64,000 bases of DNA, taken from NCBI RefSeq assembly GCF_003704095.1, contig NW_020843829.1, positions 1,178,001 to 1,242,000 on the forward strand, read 5' to 3'. Positions 10,801 through 23,106 of this stretch are shown piece after piece; within the stretch, counting starts at the first letter, position 1, and each line of letters opens with the position of its first letter. The position numbers and the translations under genes were made by a program. Below the pieces are notes generated by a model. That model had not been told where the DNA came from, searched no databases, and saw only the letters and a list, made by a program, of their open reading frames with translations. The stretch is from Pocillopora damicornis (lineage: Eukaryota).

Positions 10801-13800
10801 AGCAAAGTAGTCACAACGACGGTCCAATCAGAAGAAAGAAAAATACGTGTAAGAGTCATGCAGTAAGTAAAAAAAACCAAACTTCCTGAAGCGCGGGAAA
10901 ACGCGGGCGACCGATTCGTGATTGGTTTTAGTTTTTCATCTGATTGGTTTAGAGAATGGCGCGAGTTTTCTTCACAAATCATAGAGCGAAGTAAAGCAAA
11001 CCAACGTAATATCGGATAATTTTCGAAACTAAAAGGAAAATTGCTCTTACTATCAATTTTCAAAAGTTATCTAAGATGGCATTTGCTTTTCTTTGCTTCG
11101 CTGGTATCGTTTTGGAAAACTCTCTTTTACGTACCTATTAAGAAGGACAAGATAATCTCTGGTTTTAAGTTAATTCTGACTTAATAATCATTTAGTTTCT
11201 AATCTTTCAGTGTTGTTTGTGGAAGAACAGGCTAAAACTATCGCTGCACCCGCTGTCATTGCAAAGGAAACTGTTTTGATGCAGGTAAACGAATGTGCCA
11301 ATGTTATCGTACATCAGTTCTAGGTTCGTCACTTCCAACCCACGCCAATTTTTTTCCATCCTTTGTCAATCTTTCAATCATCCGTGATTCTGTTTAGTTC
11401 ACTCTTTCCACCTAGAAGTTTTCTTCCACTCTTGCTTAATACTATCATTATTATTTTTTTAAGAATTCCTTCTGGTAAAGGAATTTTGTGTAATGTATAG
11501 ACAGCTCACAATGTCCATGGTCCAAAGTAAAGCAAAATAGAAAAAAAAACTCTAAGAAGAAGAAGTCGTAAACCTTAGAGGAACAGGAATGGCTAAAGAT
11601 GGAGACATCTAATACTTCTTGGAAATGAAGACCTTGAAAAATTTGATTTACATGTTTCATAGTACACAAACCATTAGGTAGCTTCTTTAAAGATCACGTT
11701 TTAAATAAGAATTCTACCCTTGATTATCTTAGTACCTTGTTGAATCGAAGCTTGATCAAGTGTTCCACGAGTTTTTAGTTGACCTCGTGACCGACGAGGA
11801 GTTCATCCCTCCAAATCCTTACCCTAGATTGACATCTGAACTCTCCGTGGCTGCCATGAAGTAAGATAACAGATAGCTTTAGCTTTTTAATTCTAGTAGT
11901 GACTAACATCTAATTTCTCCTTACGGTACCAGTCTTGAATCAAACAGTAAGGTCGTTAGAATAGAGCGAGTGACACTGCAATCAGTGATTGGTGATGTTT
12001 TTTGATCTGATCGGTCGAGAAAGAGGCGCGAGTTTTCTGAACCAATCACAGCAAAGCAAAGTAATCACAGTAAAGCAAAATCAAAACAACTTCGGATTTT
12101 AGAATAGAGGAAATGATCAGCATCTCAAAATACTCGATTGTTGAACAAATTCTCCTTGTTATTGTCAACAAATGTTGAGAGAAGAGTACAGAGCATACAA
12201 ATACTAATGTTAGGTTGTAACGTGGTAAAAGCGAGTGTCACTGAAATTAGTGATTGGTGATATTTTTTAATCTGATTGGTCGAGAAAGAGGCGCGAGTTT
12301 TCTGAACCAATCACAGCAAAGCAAAGTAATCACAGTAAAGCAAAATCAAAACAATTTCGGATTACTTAAGAGACTCACTTGAAAATTGTTCTAGTCAGGT
12401 GTATAAATAAGGGAAAGCTCCGTTTGTACCAGCCTGGCTCATTTTGCATCATCCTCTGACAGTCTTTGCTCTGCTGCAGAATGGACCTGTTTGGAGAGAA
12501 ACCTGCAAAGCTGTTGTCCAAACTTGTGACGACTTCTGTTCAACCTATCGATGTAGACAACTTTGTGTATCATATTCCTGGCATTGAAGCATATGGTGAG
12601 TGATTAGTGTTATTTTCATCTTTTCAAAAACTAATTCAGACTCTTCCCCCACCCGCTCCTCTTACTTCTTACATACAGAACTCCTTTACCACTTCGGGTT
12701 TTTTGTTGTGGATGGTACTGTTGTTATTGTCTATATTGTTTTATTTACGTGCCATTATTGGCCAACAGGCTCGGTAAGTGCGATAGCAGCACTGGATGGG
12801 AGACATTATAACACCCTTCGTTCCAGACTGCACAGTGTTGCCAACAAAGTCAGCACAAGAATCACGGTAGCAGGTTTTTCGGTAAGTTTACTTATGCTTC
12901 CGGTCCTGGCCGAGCAGTTGTTTTGGCCTATTTGAGTTATTGAATATTTCTGGTTAACTGAATACCTAGATTAAGAGTAACTTGAATGATGGTGGCATAT
13001 TTTTGTTATTGGACGATTTAGTGCATTTGAAAAGGCATGTGAAGCTTGTGTTCATTAATACCAGCTTACTTGCATTCAATGTAAAAAATTTACATTATAC
13101 TGACACGAGCTGCCGAGTAAGAGGCGTATTGGAAATATAACAGCCTGGTAAACTTAACTGTTTTAATTTTTTCAGACTGTTGTTGATCTGGGTGTGTGTG
13201 GTTTTAGCCCCATCTATGGTCGTATGATGCCATATTTACACGATGTGGACCTTGAGGAGCATTATTTTGTTCAAGGTCCAAGTCACAGGAAGGCAGAAGC
13301 CATACAACACTTCGCTAAACTTGGTGAGACGAAATCCTTACTAACTTCTCTGTAGTTTCATATAAAGTGCATTTCGATTGAGTGTCAGTAATCTAAGATC
13401 AAAGAAATCAACCCAGGTAACCATAGGAAAGGAAAATATAACGAGGAGTCGTTTAGTAAATAGAAGCAAACGGCTTTAAAACGCCAGTGACCCAGTCGCG
13501 ACTAGTGTTCACTTTTAATCTGATTGTTTGAGAAGGTGGCGCGAGTTTTGTAGACCAATCACAGAGCTAAGGAAAGCAAAAGGAGAGGAGTCTGTCGAGT
13601 AATCCTGGGAAATTACTCTTATAAGGGAAAGGCTATGAACTCGATAACCACATTTATACTGGAAAATTTTCAGGTTGAAACTTTTGATAAGATTTTCCTT
13701 GAAAGGTCCCTTTGTCAAAACCTGACGTGCCAATTTTTATTTTTAACACAGCGCATGCGAACGGTTGTGCTGTCATGTGCTCTAAGTGAGACAGGGTGAC

Positions 13801-16800
13801 AGTCAGCAGCAGTGGGATTTTGTGAGAGAAAAAGAAAATGAGTGAAAGGTCATAGTCCAGTTTACTACTCGCTCAACTAAACCTTGCGTCCTTTTTTTAC
13901 TTTTGTAGTATACGAGCATCTTGTGGACTTCAGTGAAAAGGAAGATGTTCTCTTTCTTGGTAAGCAACAGTCTTTTTTTGAAAAATATCATGAGCAGGCT
14001 GTTCGATCAGGGTACTTCGAATCAACGAGATGGTGTGTGTTAAGTATGAAGGGTAGTGCTTCTTGCCTTAGCAATCTAACCCAGTCTTTAAGATCGTGGG
14101 GCTCAAAGATTTTTCTCTCAACAACAGTTTGATTGACTCTTTTGCACGACATGGATGACTGCTTGTAGTTCTGATTTTTGATAATTGATGTTTTTTGAAG
14201 GTTTTTTCCTCGGTGGTGAAACTCTGAGGCGAAGTCTTCACGACATTGTTCCTCCTCAAAGAAAGAAAGCTTTCCTCTTACAGTTGATTTCCACTGTAAA
14301 ATCCAAACAGTCTCTGTATTTGAGAGTATGTATCCAAACTTTATATTCTGTCTTTGTTTTTCTTGTACCTCTGTCATCTTAGCTTGCGCAGCTGGCGGTC
14401 TTGTGTGCGCTTTGACAGGCTAAGCAGCGGAGCCTTGGACGCTTCGCCTTTAGTTTGCACACTTTCGTCGCTCATGGCTATTTTGAGAAGCGCTTACTAA
14501 ACTGTCCGTAGGTTCTTGTCATGTTCTACAGGGATACGCAACATTGAATTCTAACAACTGTGTTTACAGGTGTATGTTGCCTTTGATTGGCGGCTTGTCA
14601 TGGTGAAGAAGTCTTTTTGCCTGCACTTTTTGCAAGGACAAGAACAAGGGTGAGCCAACTAACCTGTCCCGTATGGTGTATGGGTGTATATTGCTAAACT
14701 AGCATCGTGTTACTTAGCAACATCTCGATCTTAAACCGTAAACTCTGTGGGGTTACGTTAGTATTAGTTCTACTTCCTTCACGCTTGGAATTTATTTCGT
14801 CGATGTTAACTGTCCGCTTTGATTTTTCCAATGAAACTGTCTCCCAAGTGACAAAATTGAGCGTAAAGTTGACGCCAAAATCGGGGCTAGCTCTATCGTG
14901 ATTTAAACAACGTGGCCTTTATTTACAGTAGATGACCGGTTGAATTTATTTTGTAATATCCAGGAAATTGAATTCTTTTGTTTCTGTTACTGTATCACTT
15001 GTTATTTCAGTTTATTTTTGACACTATCGTTTCAGTTACGAGCGGTTTTATAACTCAAACAGCAATCCACTGGCGTTTTATCAAATAGTCTTCTCAAAAC
15101 AGGATGCGGTAAGTTACAAACAGTACGAGAAAATACGGCCAGACAGCAAATGATAAATGAAAAAGTGATTAAATAAAATGAAATAAAATTATTAAAATAA
15201 TGCGCGGAACCGAGTTTTCACGAAATTTGAACTGAAATGCGTTATTCATCAGTGGGTGTAGTTTCCCGTATGCAAAAAAAACAATAGGGGGTGCATGTTG
15301 ATGATGCATGGTTAGCATTGATAGAGGTACTCCGCTGAGGTTTGAACTCAACGTCAACCTTGACTGTTATTATAGGCGTCGTTATACACACGATGCTGTG
15401 GACCCAAGGACCGCACGGACCCATGCAAAGGAGAGAATCTGGTACTTAGTTTAGTTCACGTGGATCACTACATAGAGCGAGCTAAGGAAGAAGATGACTT
15501 ATTGGCTGTTTATCGGTGGCTCATGGTGAAGTCGCTTATGAACCAGGTGAATGGAACTTTGGAAAATTTGAAATTTAGTCCAATGTAATCTGGAAAAAAC
15601 GTTGGATGTTCGTTGCTTCGTTCCTTCCTTCCTTCCTTCCTCGTTGATCTCGAAAACTCGCGCCACCCCCGCGACCACTCAAAGGCAAAATGTCACTCTT
15701 TGATTGGTCGAGAAAATTCTCTCTTAAACCTTTCAACCAATCAGAATCACGTGAAACGTAAACCATTCGCGCCTCAGGCTGTTTACCTGTTTTTACTCTG
15801 AGTACTCATTGATTCCCTATAAAAATGTCTTCTCTTCCGAATGTAACTTGTGATAACCTTGGTTTTGGTTTTACATCACTCAGTTGAAAAGCGCTCAGTT
15901 CCCTTAATAGAGGTAATTTTCTCATTAATGGCCAACAAATGAAAACCACGATACTTAGATTTTGATTCCGTCGTTTGGGAAGCCCCCTAGGCCAGTCGGT
16001 ATGATATGGTATAGTGAGTGAGTGTTTTGATGTTTTCACAGCACCAGTCGTATCTTGTAGAAGCATGGCGCATGTTCCATAGTGTGGCCTCCCAACTTGA
16101 GTACTTATGTACTGTCAATAGGACACTACAGAGCCTCGTAAATGAGGAAGTCAGCAGAGCATTCAGACCGGTGTTGGACGACGATGAGAGAACGGTAGGA
16201 GACACTTCATATCTGGCAAATTGCGAGCAGCCGTTTTCTTTTTTTTAAGGAACGCGAGAGTGTTGTTGCGCTGCTACACTCCCACAAAAAGAATGCTGAT
16301 CGCAGGTTATACGATAGAAAGACGATGAAAAAACGGAAGGAGACACGTCATGAAAAACTGCTGATTTTTATAGTAACGAGGAAAATTACTTCTGGAATGT
16401 AACTTTTTTCGTTACAAAGAAGTGATGATAAAAAAATGTTTTTATATTAGGGTGGATGGTAGTCTTCATCCTTATAGGATAGCTACAACAAGAAAAACAA
16501 TAACAAAAGTCTGTAATTGTTCTCTTTCTTGGCCGCCCACACCTAAAAATAAGTTGAACAGGCCAACTCTCATTGATTCTTTTCTTGGTTTTCCTAAAGT
16601 CACTTCTTGATGCCTCAGCTTTAAGTACCATGGTTACCGCGTATGGTGATAAACTGGAGCGGGTGTTATCCCTCGGGATAGCCCTAACGCCGAGTGGATT
16701 TTTGCCGCGCTTACAAGGTATTGAAGCAATCCAACTCGCCTTTATTTTCCGTTGTCAGATTAATAGGGTATTTTTCCGATGGTTCTTGCTTTTAGTTCGT

Positions 16801-17168
16801 TTGGATATTTAAAAAGTGAAATCACCTTCTCGTTTCTTTGCAGACAAAATCCGTCTAATGACTTCAACAGATCCAGTCTCTCGCAGATTAAATTTACTTA
16901 TTTCGACTGAAGTAAGTAATACACCTCACCTGATTATTTAACTGTTCATTTTGCTTCGTTAGGTCATTCGTTCTGTTCGTAACTGACGTGTTCTGTGTGT
17001 CTACAGACGCCGGTTATTCTACAAGAAATCAATGATCTGTTGCAGCCATTGTTGGATGCCGCTGCCCACAGTGTTCACCTAGCCTGTCCCGAGATTCATC
17101 ACGCGTTGAAGTCCGTTGAGGTTGACGTAACGGGCCGAAACTCCCGTATGTTAGCTGAACAAAAGTGA
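1837..17168 (+). CDS. Uncharacterised multi-exon protein (about 1110 aa visible), internally duplicated, with RIIa/Dpy-30-like D/D segment; at least one exon likely hidden in the N-gap
   Basis: Phase-consistent GT-AG exons: 1837-1938, 2079-2182, [gap], 2542-2714, 3230-3349, 3869-3944, 4403-4488, 4601-4660, 4925-5013, 5715-5860, 6983-7166, 8429-8521, 8933-9065, 9561-9637, 10011-10137, 10282-10374, 10640-10739, 11211-11284, 11733-11860, 12480-12595, 12769-12881, 13176-13323, 13909-13959, 14201-14325, 14570-14649, 15036-15108, 15376-15546, 16042-16194, 16600-16717, 16844-16911, 17007-17168 (TGA). All post-gap exons join in one open frame. Start MESGKPSF has a good Kozak context (agtATGg) after an in-frame TGA. 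Confidence 0.85.
2305..2404. other. Assembly gap (100 N)
   Basis: Run of N. Exon phases either side (2 out, 1 in) do not match in the main frame, implying missing exon(s). Confidence 0.95.
6347..6910 (+). mobile_element. Common coral MITE (TTAACCC...CACCCTAACATCAGTATG family), split by a nested element
   Basis: Degenerate match to the intact copy at 41469-41681, interrupted at 6493-6849. Confidence 0.6.
6493..6849. mobile_element. Non-autonomous DNA transposon (hAT-like) nested in a MITE
   Basis: Imperfect TIRs GGTAACCGGTCAAGTCGCCCGA / TCGGGCAACTTGACTGTAAGCC, internal TCGCCCGAA subterminal repeats, degenerate 8-bp TSD cagtggag / tagtgggg. Confidence 0.6.
7260..7685 (+). repeat. 46-bp minisatellite (about 8-9 copies), intronic
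   Basis: Unit GATACTAACGTAACAATCTGATCAACTACAATCTTAAAATGCGCGA with period 46. Degenerate copies resume at about 7853 and 8005-8075. Confidence 0.9.
7696..7855. mobile_element. MITE end fragment inserted in the minisatellite
   Basis: Ends ...TTGTATCTCGTATTTCCCCGCCTTAA with internal TTGTTGCG/CGCAACAA motifs; the satellite unit resumes immediately afterwards. Confidence 0.55.
10766..11048 (+). mobile_element. MITE family with CCAATCA/TGATTGG motifs (TAGAGCG..TTTCGATTGAGTGTC ... TTGAAAATTGCTCT)
   Basis: Related copies at about 11960-12100, 12230-12393, 13365-13620, 15690-15900 (reverse), 36290-36512 and 58240-58520. Confidence 0.7.
11733..11860 (+). CDS. Exon encoding RIIa/Dpy-30-like dimerization/docking motif
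   Basis: (Q)YLVESKLDQVFHEFLVDLVTDEEFIPPNPYPRL fits the YLxxxxLxxLFxxLLxxLxxxxPxNP pattern of D/D domains. Confidence 0.55.
11967..12362 (+). repeat. Near-identical ~130-bp direct duplication of a MITE segment
   Basis: ...GATTGGTGAT...GAGAAAGAGGCGCGAGTTTTCTGAACCAATCACAGCAAAGCAAAGTAATCACAGTAAAGCAAAATCAAAACAA.TTCGGATT occurs at about 11967-12098 and 12231-12363, separated by part of another MITE. Confidence 0.8.
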
Positions 17169-18429
17169 AAAAAACGACTTTCAGTTCTGATGACCTCTTG
17201 GAATCCTTTCATGCCCAAAATGTTACGGAAATAATTTATTTTTGAACACGTTTCTTAACAGAGCGCGACAACTATCACGAAAGTTCGCCGTGGATGGTTT
17301 CAATGCTCAACCCTAGCCCCTCAGTTGATAAACGAAATTCAGGGATGCGTTTGCGAAAGAAAATCTAAATTAACCATCCTAGTGTTAACCCTCTACACCC
17401 TAACATCAGTATGCATATTCTCCATACTCTTCTCTGTAGATTTCCTGAGGTACTGAGAAGGAGAATTTGTTTAACAATCAAGAGCTTCTGTAGTTAGTGA
17501 ATTTTTTTTTTCAGTTTCTTTTAACTCTCTGTCATTAATAGAATTGATCTGAAGCAAAACAATTTTAAAGAAAACAATGAGTACTTTAAATGAAGCTAAA
17601 AGTTACACACAAGTTTTGTTGAGAATAACAAGGAAACAATCTGAGCCCCCCAGGATAGTAGCAGGTCCGGGGGAAGTCCGTGGCCCCCGCCCCCTACAGA
17701 CAACGTGAGTGAGAGCGTTCTCTGATTTCTCGGTCTGATACTCTACCAACTGAATAACACAGAACGCCATATACCAGGTTCAAGTGTGACAAGGTTCCTG
17801 CAAGCTGGTGCGACCAGCCATGCGAGTGATTGGAGCCTTAAACGCCCGGGTTGACACTCGGTTCAAGCCTTTCATACTGCCGTTGTATCATGTTCCTATG
17901 CGTCATCCCTCGGGTAATAATGACTCGTTTTTCAGGATCCAAAAAGTCTCATGATTAACAGGTTATCCACGGTAGGATCAAATTTCGTCATTCTCGCTCC
18001 GATGTAATATCCATCGTCAGGTATCGTGACTCCTCCCAGAACAAGAGATTATAATTTCTAGTCTGAATTATTATCGTCTCTGTCCATCACATCAATCTAA
18101 AATTAAACTGAAAGTAAAATGTAGCTTTGCACATCACAAAATCTTTTTGTAACTTCACCCGTTCAAGCAAGGCTTAAGGTGACGGTGGTGTTTGTAGCGG
18201 TGGAGCCGCCATGGCTGAAGACGTCAAAAAAAAGCCTACGGGTACCACAGAATGAGTGTAATGTCTTACCCAAGAGCATAGCATAATGTTTGAACTTGGA
18301 CCTCCAGACCTCGAAATCAGGCAATTGTGTCCAAACCTTCCAATTGGCCAATTAGCTTGAAAAGAAGACAAGCAACGAGGCGACTAGAAACATCATCGAC
18401 GATCAAGAGTGGTTGGAAATGGAGTAGAT

Positions 18430-18726
18430 TAGTAAACGATTTCAAGTTTTGGACACAAATGACCGATTTCAAATTTTGGACACTAGTGAGCAATTTGAAG
18501 TTATGGCCACAAATGGCTATTTTGGGTTTTGGACACAGTGGCCTATTCTGGATTTGAGACACTTGTGGGTAATTGGAAGTTGGACATAAATAGCCGATTT
18601 TGGATTTTGGATACCAGTGGCCGATTTTGGATATTGGACCCTTTAGTGGCCGATTTTAGATTTTGGACACTAGTGGCCAATTTTGGAATATTGGGCCCTC
18701 GTGGCCGATTTTAGATTTTGGACAAA
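18430..18726 (+). repeat. Degenerate ~27-28-bp tandem repeat
   Basis: Unit TTTTGGACACTAGTGGCCGATTTTAGA, about 10 copies. It explains the overlapping spurious ORFs here. Confidence 0.85.
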
Positions 18727-21700
18727 AATCTTCCAAATGTCATCAAATAAAGACGGTCAAAGCCCGAAGTTTGATTTGCATTGCAAATTTTTTCAACGCC
18801 CTCATTTTGTATTCAACGTTGTCCAACGTTACTACACGAGGAGTCGAAACTTTGGCTTCTCCTGGAAAAAGGTCTCTAAATATCGGCTTATGTCGAAAAA
18901 ATTGTCGCCACAAGAGTATTAGACGTAAAGGACTGTCACTGGAACTTCAGTGTCCTCCTCATCATCAAAAATGTTTGGTCTACGTATGGGTTTGGAGAAA
19001 GCAATGGCGACGTCTTTGAGGCGCACATGGACGACTGCTACGGTATGTATCACGCTATCCGTTTTATTGCGTATTTTGAATATCATTGAGGTAGATATCA
19101 CAGAAAACAGCAAGCAAAGTTGATTTGCACGTAATTGTGTGTTGGGTACATTGACTTTGAGGTCTTACTCATTTGATTGGCATTTTAAGCGTGCGTGATA
19201 ATTGTAACTTTACAGGCGAGTTTTGCCCTTGAACTTGGTTGAGTTGTTATTTGAGTTGTTAGTTTAGAAGTCCAGCTCAGAAGTAAACTAAGAGGCCAAA
19301 CACAAACCCCTCGCACCAAGCCATTGGAAACATAGAATGAATGTTGTCATGCATTGAAATATGAAATATTACAAAAGCTAGGCTAACTTAGATTTTGTGA
19401 AAATCTCAAGTCGTGATGTTCACCGATTGTATTCCTAATTGAGGGAATTTTTTAATAAGTTGTCGAAAGTCATCTGAAATTGCGTTTAATCGGGAACCGA
19501 AGAGGAGAATTTTTAACGGCTTGATTCGATAGTTTCTTTCTCACAACTCCTATTTTCCGTTGTTTCTTTTGTACAAAATAATTTGTGCTAAGCTCAAAAT
19601 ACAATTAAATCGGGAAAATATTGGAAACTTGAAGTAAGCGGTTGATGGAGTGACATAAAAAACTCACATTGGCCAATGCCTGTTATCTTTTACTTAGCAG
19701 ACGACAATGTACAGTATATCCTCTCAAGGCTGTAGCTATCATTATCAATCAGATAATTAAGACAAGTCTTTTTATCTTCTGGGTACCATATCTATGTGTG
19801 ACAAGCCAAAGACTTTATTAAATGTTGTTTTAAAAAGGGAGGTAGTCATTCCACAGTGATGTATGACATTTCACAGGAGCATTTGAGTGAAAAAAAGAAA
19901 AAAAAACCGAGAGAATTTTTGATTATCAGTCTATACAGTAAACATTTTGTCGTAAAAAATGAGAAAAAGTCTGGAAAATTGATACAACTTCCTTTTCTGT
20001 GAACGTTCTGAGCTCTCCTTATGACCATACACTTTGTCCAAACAAATTAGCCTCTAGTTTTAGAGTTATTTTGCCTTCAATAAAATTAATTATAAAAATG
20101 TACTATGCATGACTTGTTCACAATTTTTCTAAAGATTATTGATATTTTAAGGATTCAAAAACCGGCTACAGAATAAATGCTTTGGATTTGTCTGGTTTTT
20201 TTGGGCCAAAACTAATCAGTGACGCCAATAAATGGGAATTTTTCAATCAGTCGTCGAAAGTAATCCGGAAATGAATTTCATCGGAAACTGACGAGGACGA
20301 TTTGAAATGGCTGTGCCGGCTAGTTTTCTTTTTCATGACTCTAATCTTTCGTTGTTTAGCCCGCAGATTCTTCCGTACAAAATAATATGTAGATTACTAG
20401 ATTTAAATAAAAAAATACATAAATTTAATTTGTTTTCTTTTTTTTTGTTTCTTTGATCAAGCTGATTTCTCGTCAGGTTTAGAGGAATATGCACAAGATA
20501 TTGTCTCACTGGCTCAGTGATCTGGATAGTTTTGATAGGGGCTGGTTTGTTCACTATGCAAAAAAAAACCACAACACAACACAACACACAAAACAAAAAA
20601 ACAAAACAAAGAAAAAGAGAAAAAGATCAAATTTTCATTTTAATGAGAAGTTTTCTCTCCAAGAAAGACATTCCTGTTTTCTATGAACTGACGTCAATAC
20701 ATAGAAATGGTTTTGTTTATTTTGAAAAGTGATCAATTTTCAATTTCTCCTCGTAATTTCAAAACAAAGTTAAGTGTACCAGGCAGGAGAATATAGGAAA
20801 CAATCAAGTTGAATTGATCAAGTTAAATAAAATGTTAGGTCATTCACCAGTATGACGGGAACGAACAAATAATATCATATTTAAAGTGAAGTTAACAAAA
20901 AAAAGTTAAGAATTTATCACGAATAAATCGTTTGGCCATCAGCGAGGAGATTCCAGGACGTATTATTAATTACTTCTGGATTTGATGCTATTTATTTCAA
21001 TTTACAAGATAACTTTTGAACATAATGTTCTTTGTTAGTTTCGAGATTGAATGAACTTTAATTTGCTGCGGAATGATGCAAAAAAAATAAATAAATAAAA
21101 AAAAAACCAATTAGCTTTGACGGTTATCCTTTAGGGTTAGAGCTTTGACAGCTTTGCCTTAACTTGACTAACCTGATACATTAAAACTACCTTTAAAAGT
21201 CTTTGAATATAGATCATGTTAATGGCGTGAGTGTGTGTGAATGTGTCGTGTATGTATGCAGATGTCTACATTTTACATGTAACATCACAAGACTAGTATT
21301 TAGCTAGGAAATCAAGCGGTTTACCTAGACTCTGGGCTGTTCCACCTAACACTGTAGATGCATGTCTACATTTAATTTTATTTCCTATATATATATATCT
21401 ATAGGAATTACATTTAGCTAAATATAATTATATATTTAATGTAATAGGTTTAGGAAATGTGTGATTAACTATTGTTGTTATTGTTGGTCGTATGCAACAT
21501 GACGTTACAGTGATCAATAACTATATTTCTTTTTTTAAAAGGTTTTGGACATCACGGAAAAGAAAACGAGAGATAACGAAACATCAAAATCCTATAACGT
21601 GGACAGAAGAAGACGTGGAGATAGACATAGAACTGATACAATTGAATTACAATCACTCGCAAGATCATTTCTGAAAAAAAAAAACAAAAAAAAAAGTAAG

Positions 21701-21997
21701 TTGCCATTTTACGATACCTAAATGAAATAGAAAAATTGATTCCTGATTGTCTTCATATCTAAACGATTCAAGCCGAACATCTTCTGCCCAGACAAGCTTT
21801 CTTCGTTCGTTAATTTTTAATGATCAAAACAACATTGTTTATTGCCGATAGAAGGTCGTTTAGATTACAAATTCCTTTGTAATACCATCGTGCGGGCGTG
21901 AATATGTCACCAACAAATTTGAATCACAAATTTGATAGGGAAAATAATAAGACTCACAGTTGAAGACAGAGACAGAAACTTGAAAGTTAAGCGTACA

Positions 21998-22223
21998 GAA
22001 GCTTCTGTATAAAGAATTGGAGGTTTTGTTGACGATCAAGACTAAATCTTTCAAAATTAAGCTGCATTTAACGGCAAATACATGTAGTTTGTGCGTTCAC
22101 TTAAATAGAAGAAGTTCTGTATAAAGAATTGGAGGTTTTGTTGACGATCAAGACTAAATCTTTCAAAATTAAGCTGCATTTAACGGCAAATACATGTAGT
22201 TTGTGCGTTTACTTAAATAGAAG
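21998..22223 (+). repeat. ~112-bp near-perfect tandem duplication
   Basis: TTCTGTATAAAGAATTGGAGG...TGTGCGTT.ACTTAAATAGAAG occurs twice back-to-back. Confidence 0.9.
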
Positions 22224-23106
22224 TGTGATCTGAATGCAGGTTCGTTTACTAATAAATATTTGAAGACAAGTTCGGGAGTTTTACGTTTGTTTATTCCTTA
22301 ATGAACCCCAAACAACTTTTTTTTTCCCGTCAAGTTCTTTGAAAGAATAGAAAGAAATAACTCTGAAGCAAAATTGTTTGCAATTTCATTTAAGTAATAC
22401 GTCCAGAATTATGTCGTGAAGAATTTCGAAATTGGTTTACAAGCGACCAAATTGAAGTTTCGTGTAATACTAATTCGCAACTTGTTTGGTAAACAAGGAT
22501 GGCGTATAATTTAAACCAAAGGGTTTAATTTTCAGCGTATCTAAAATTGCACGTAACACTATGTTGATTAAGTCTGATGTTCGATCGAAACAGAAGCAGA
22601 ATTTTGTGAATTTATGTACTCAGATATATCATTTAAGTTGCATTCACATGACTGAAGTTTTCATATGTTTGTTCAACTCGCTATGGAAATGCTAAGAGTA
22701 AAAATTAATTTTCTTTCTATCATTTTGTCACAGCTCGTTGGAAGACGAAGATGTTTAATGTCAAGAGTCACAGAATTAAAGACAATAATTCAAGCAAAAG
22801 TCAAGTTAACAGCCAAGGTAGAAACCAAAGTTAACTAATTTCTCCTTCAGGCAAGATAATTCGAAACGAATGGGCAGCAAAGAGATTTTCTAGGTTAATT
22901 TTCCAAGGTACCTGCGAACGGTAACAATCTGGAAGAGAACAGAACAGTACTCGCAGTAAAGAAATTGATAAGATTTCATTTTGATAGTCGACGCTAAAAT
23001 TTCAGATTTTCTTCATTTAGTTAAGTCACTTTGTCAAGTTGAGCTTATTTCAAAACCAAAAACTTCTGCTTACGTTTGTCCTTTGTAGCGCCTAATCAAA
23101 CATTAT

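Noticed and set aside
13752-13785. Possible micro-exon (cag|CGCATG...CTAA|gtgag)
   Set aside because: Phase 1-to-2 would break the frame; the flanking exons join correctly without it.
13988-14377. 129-aa minus-strand ORF
   Set aside because: Antisense shadow of a real + strand exon (14201-14325); no motif.
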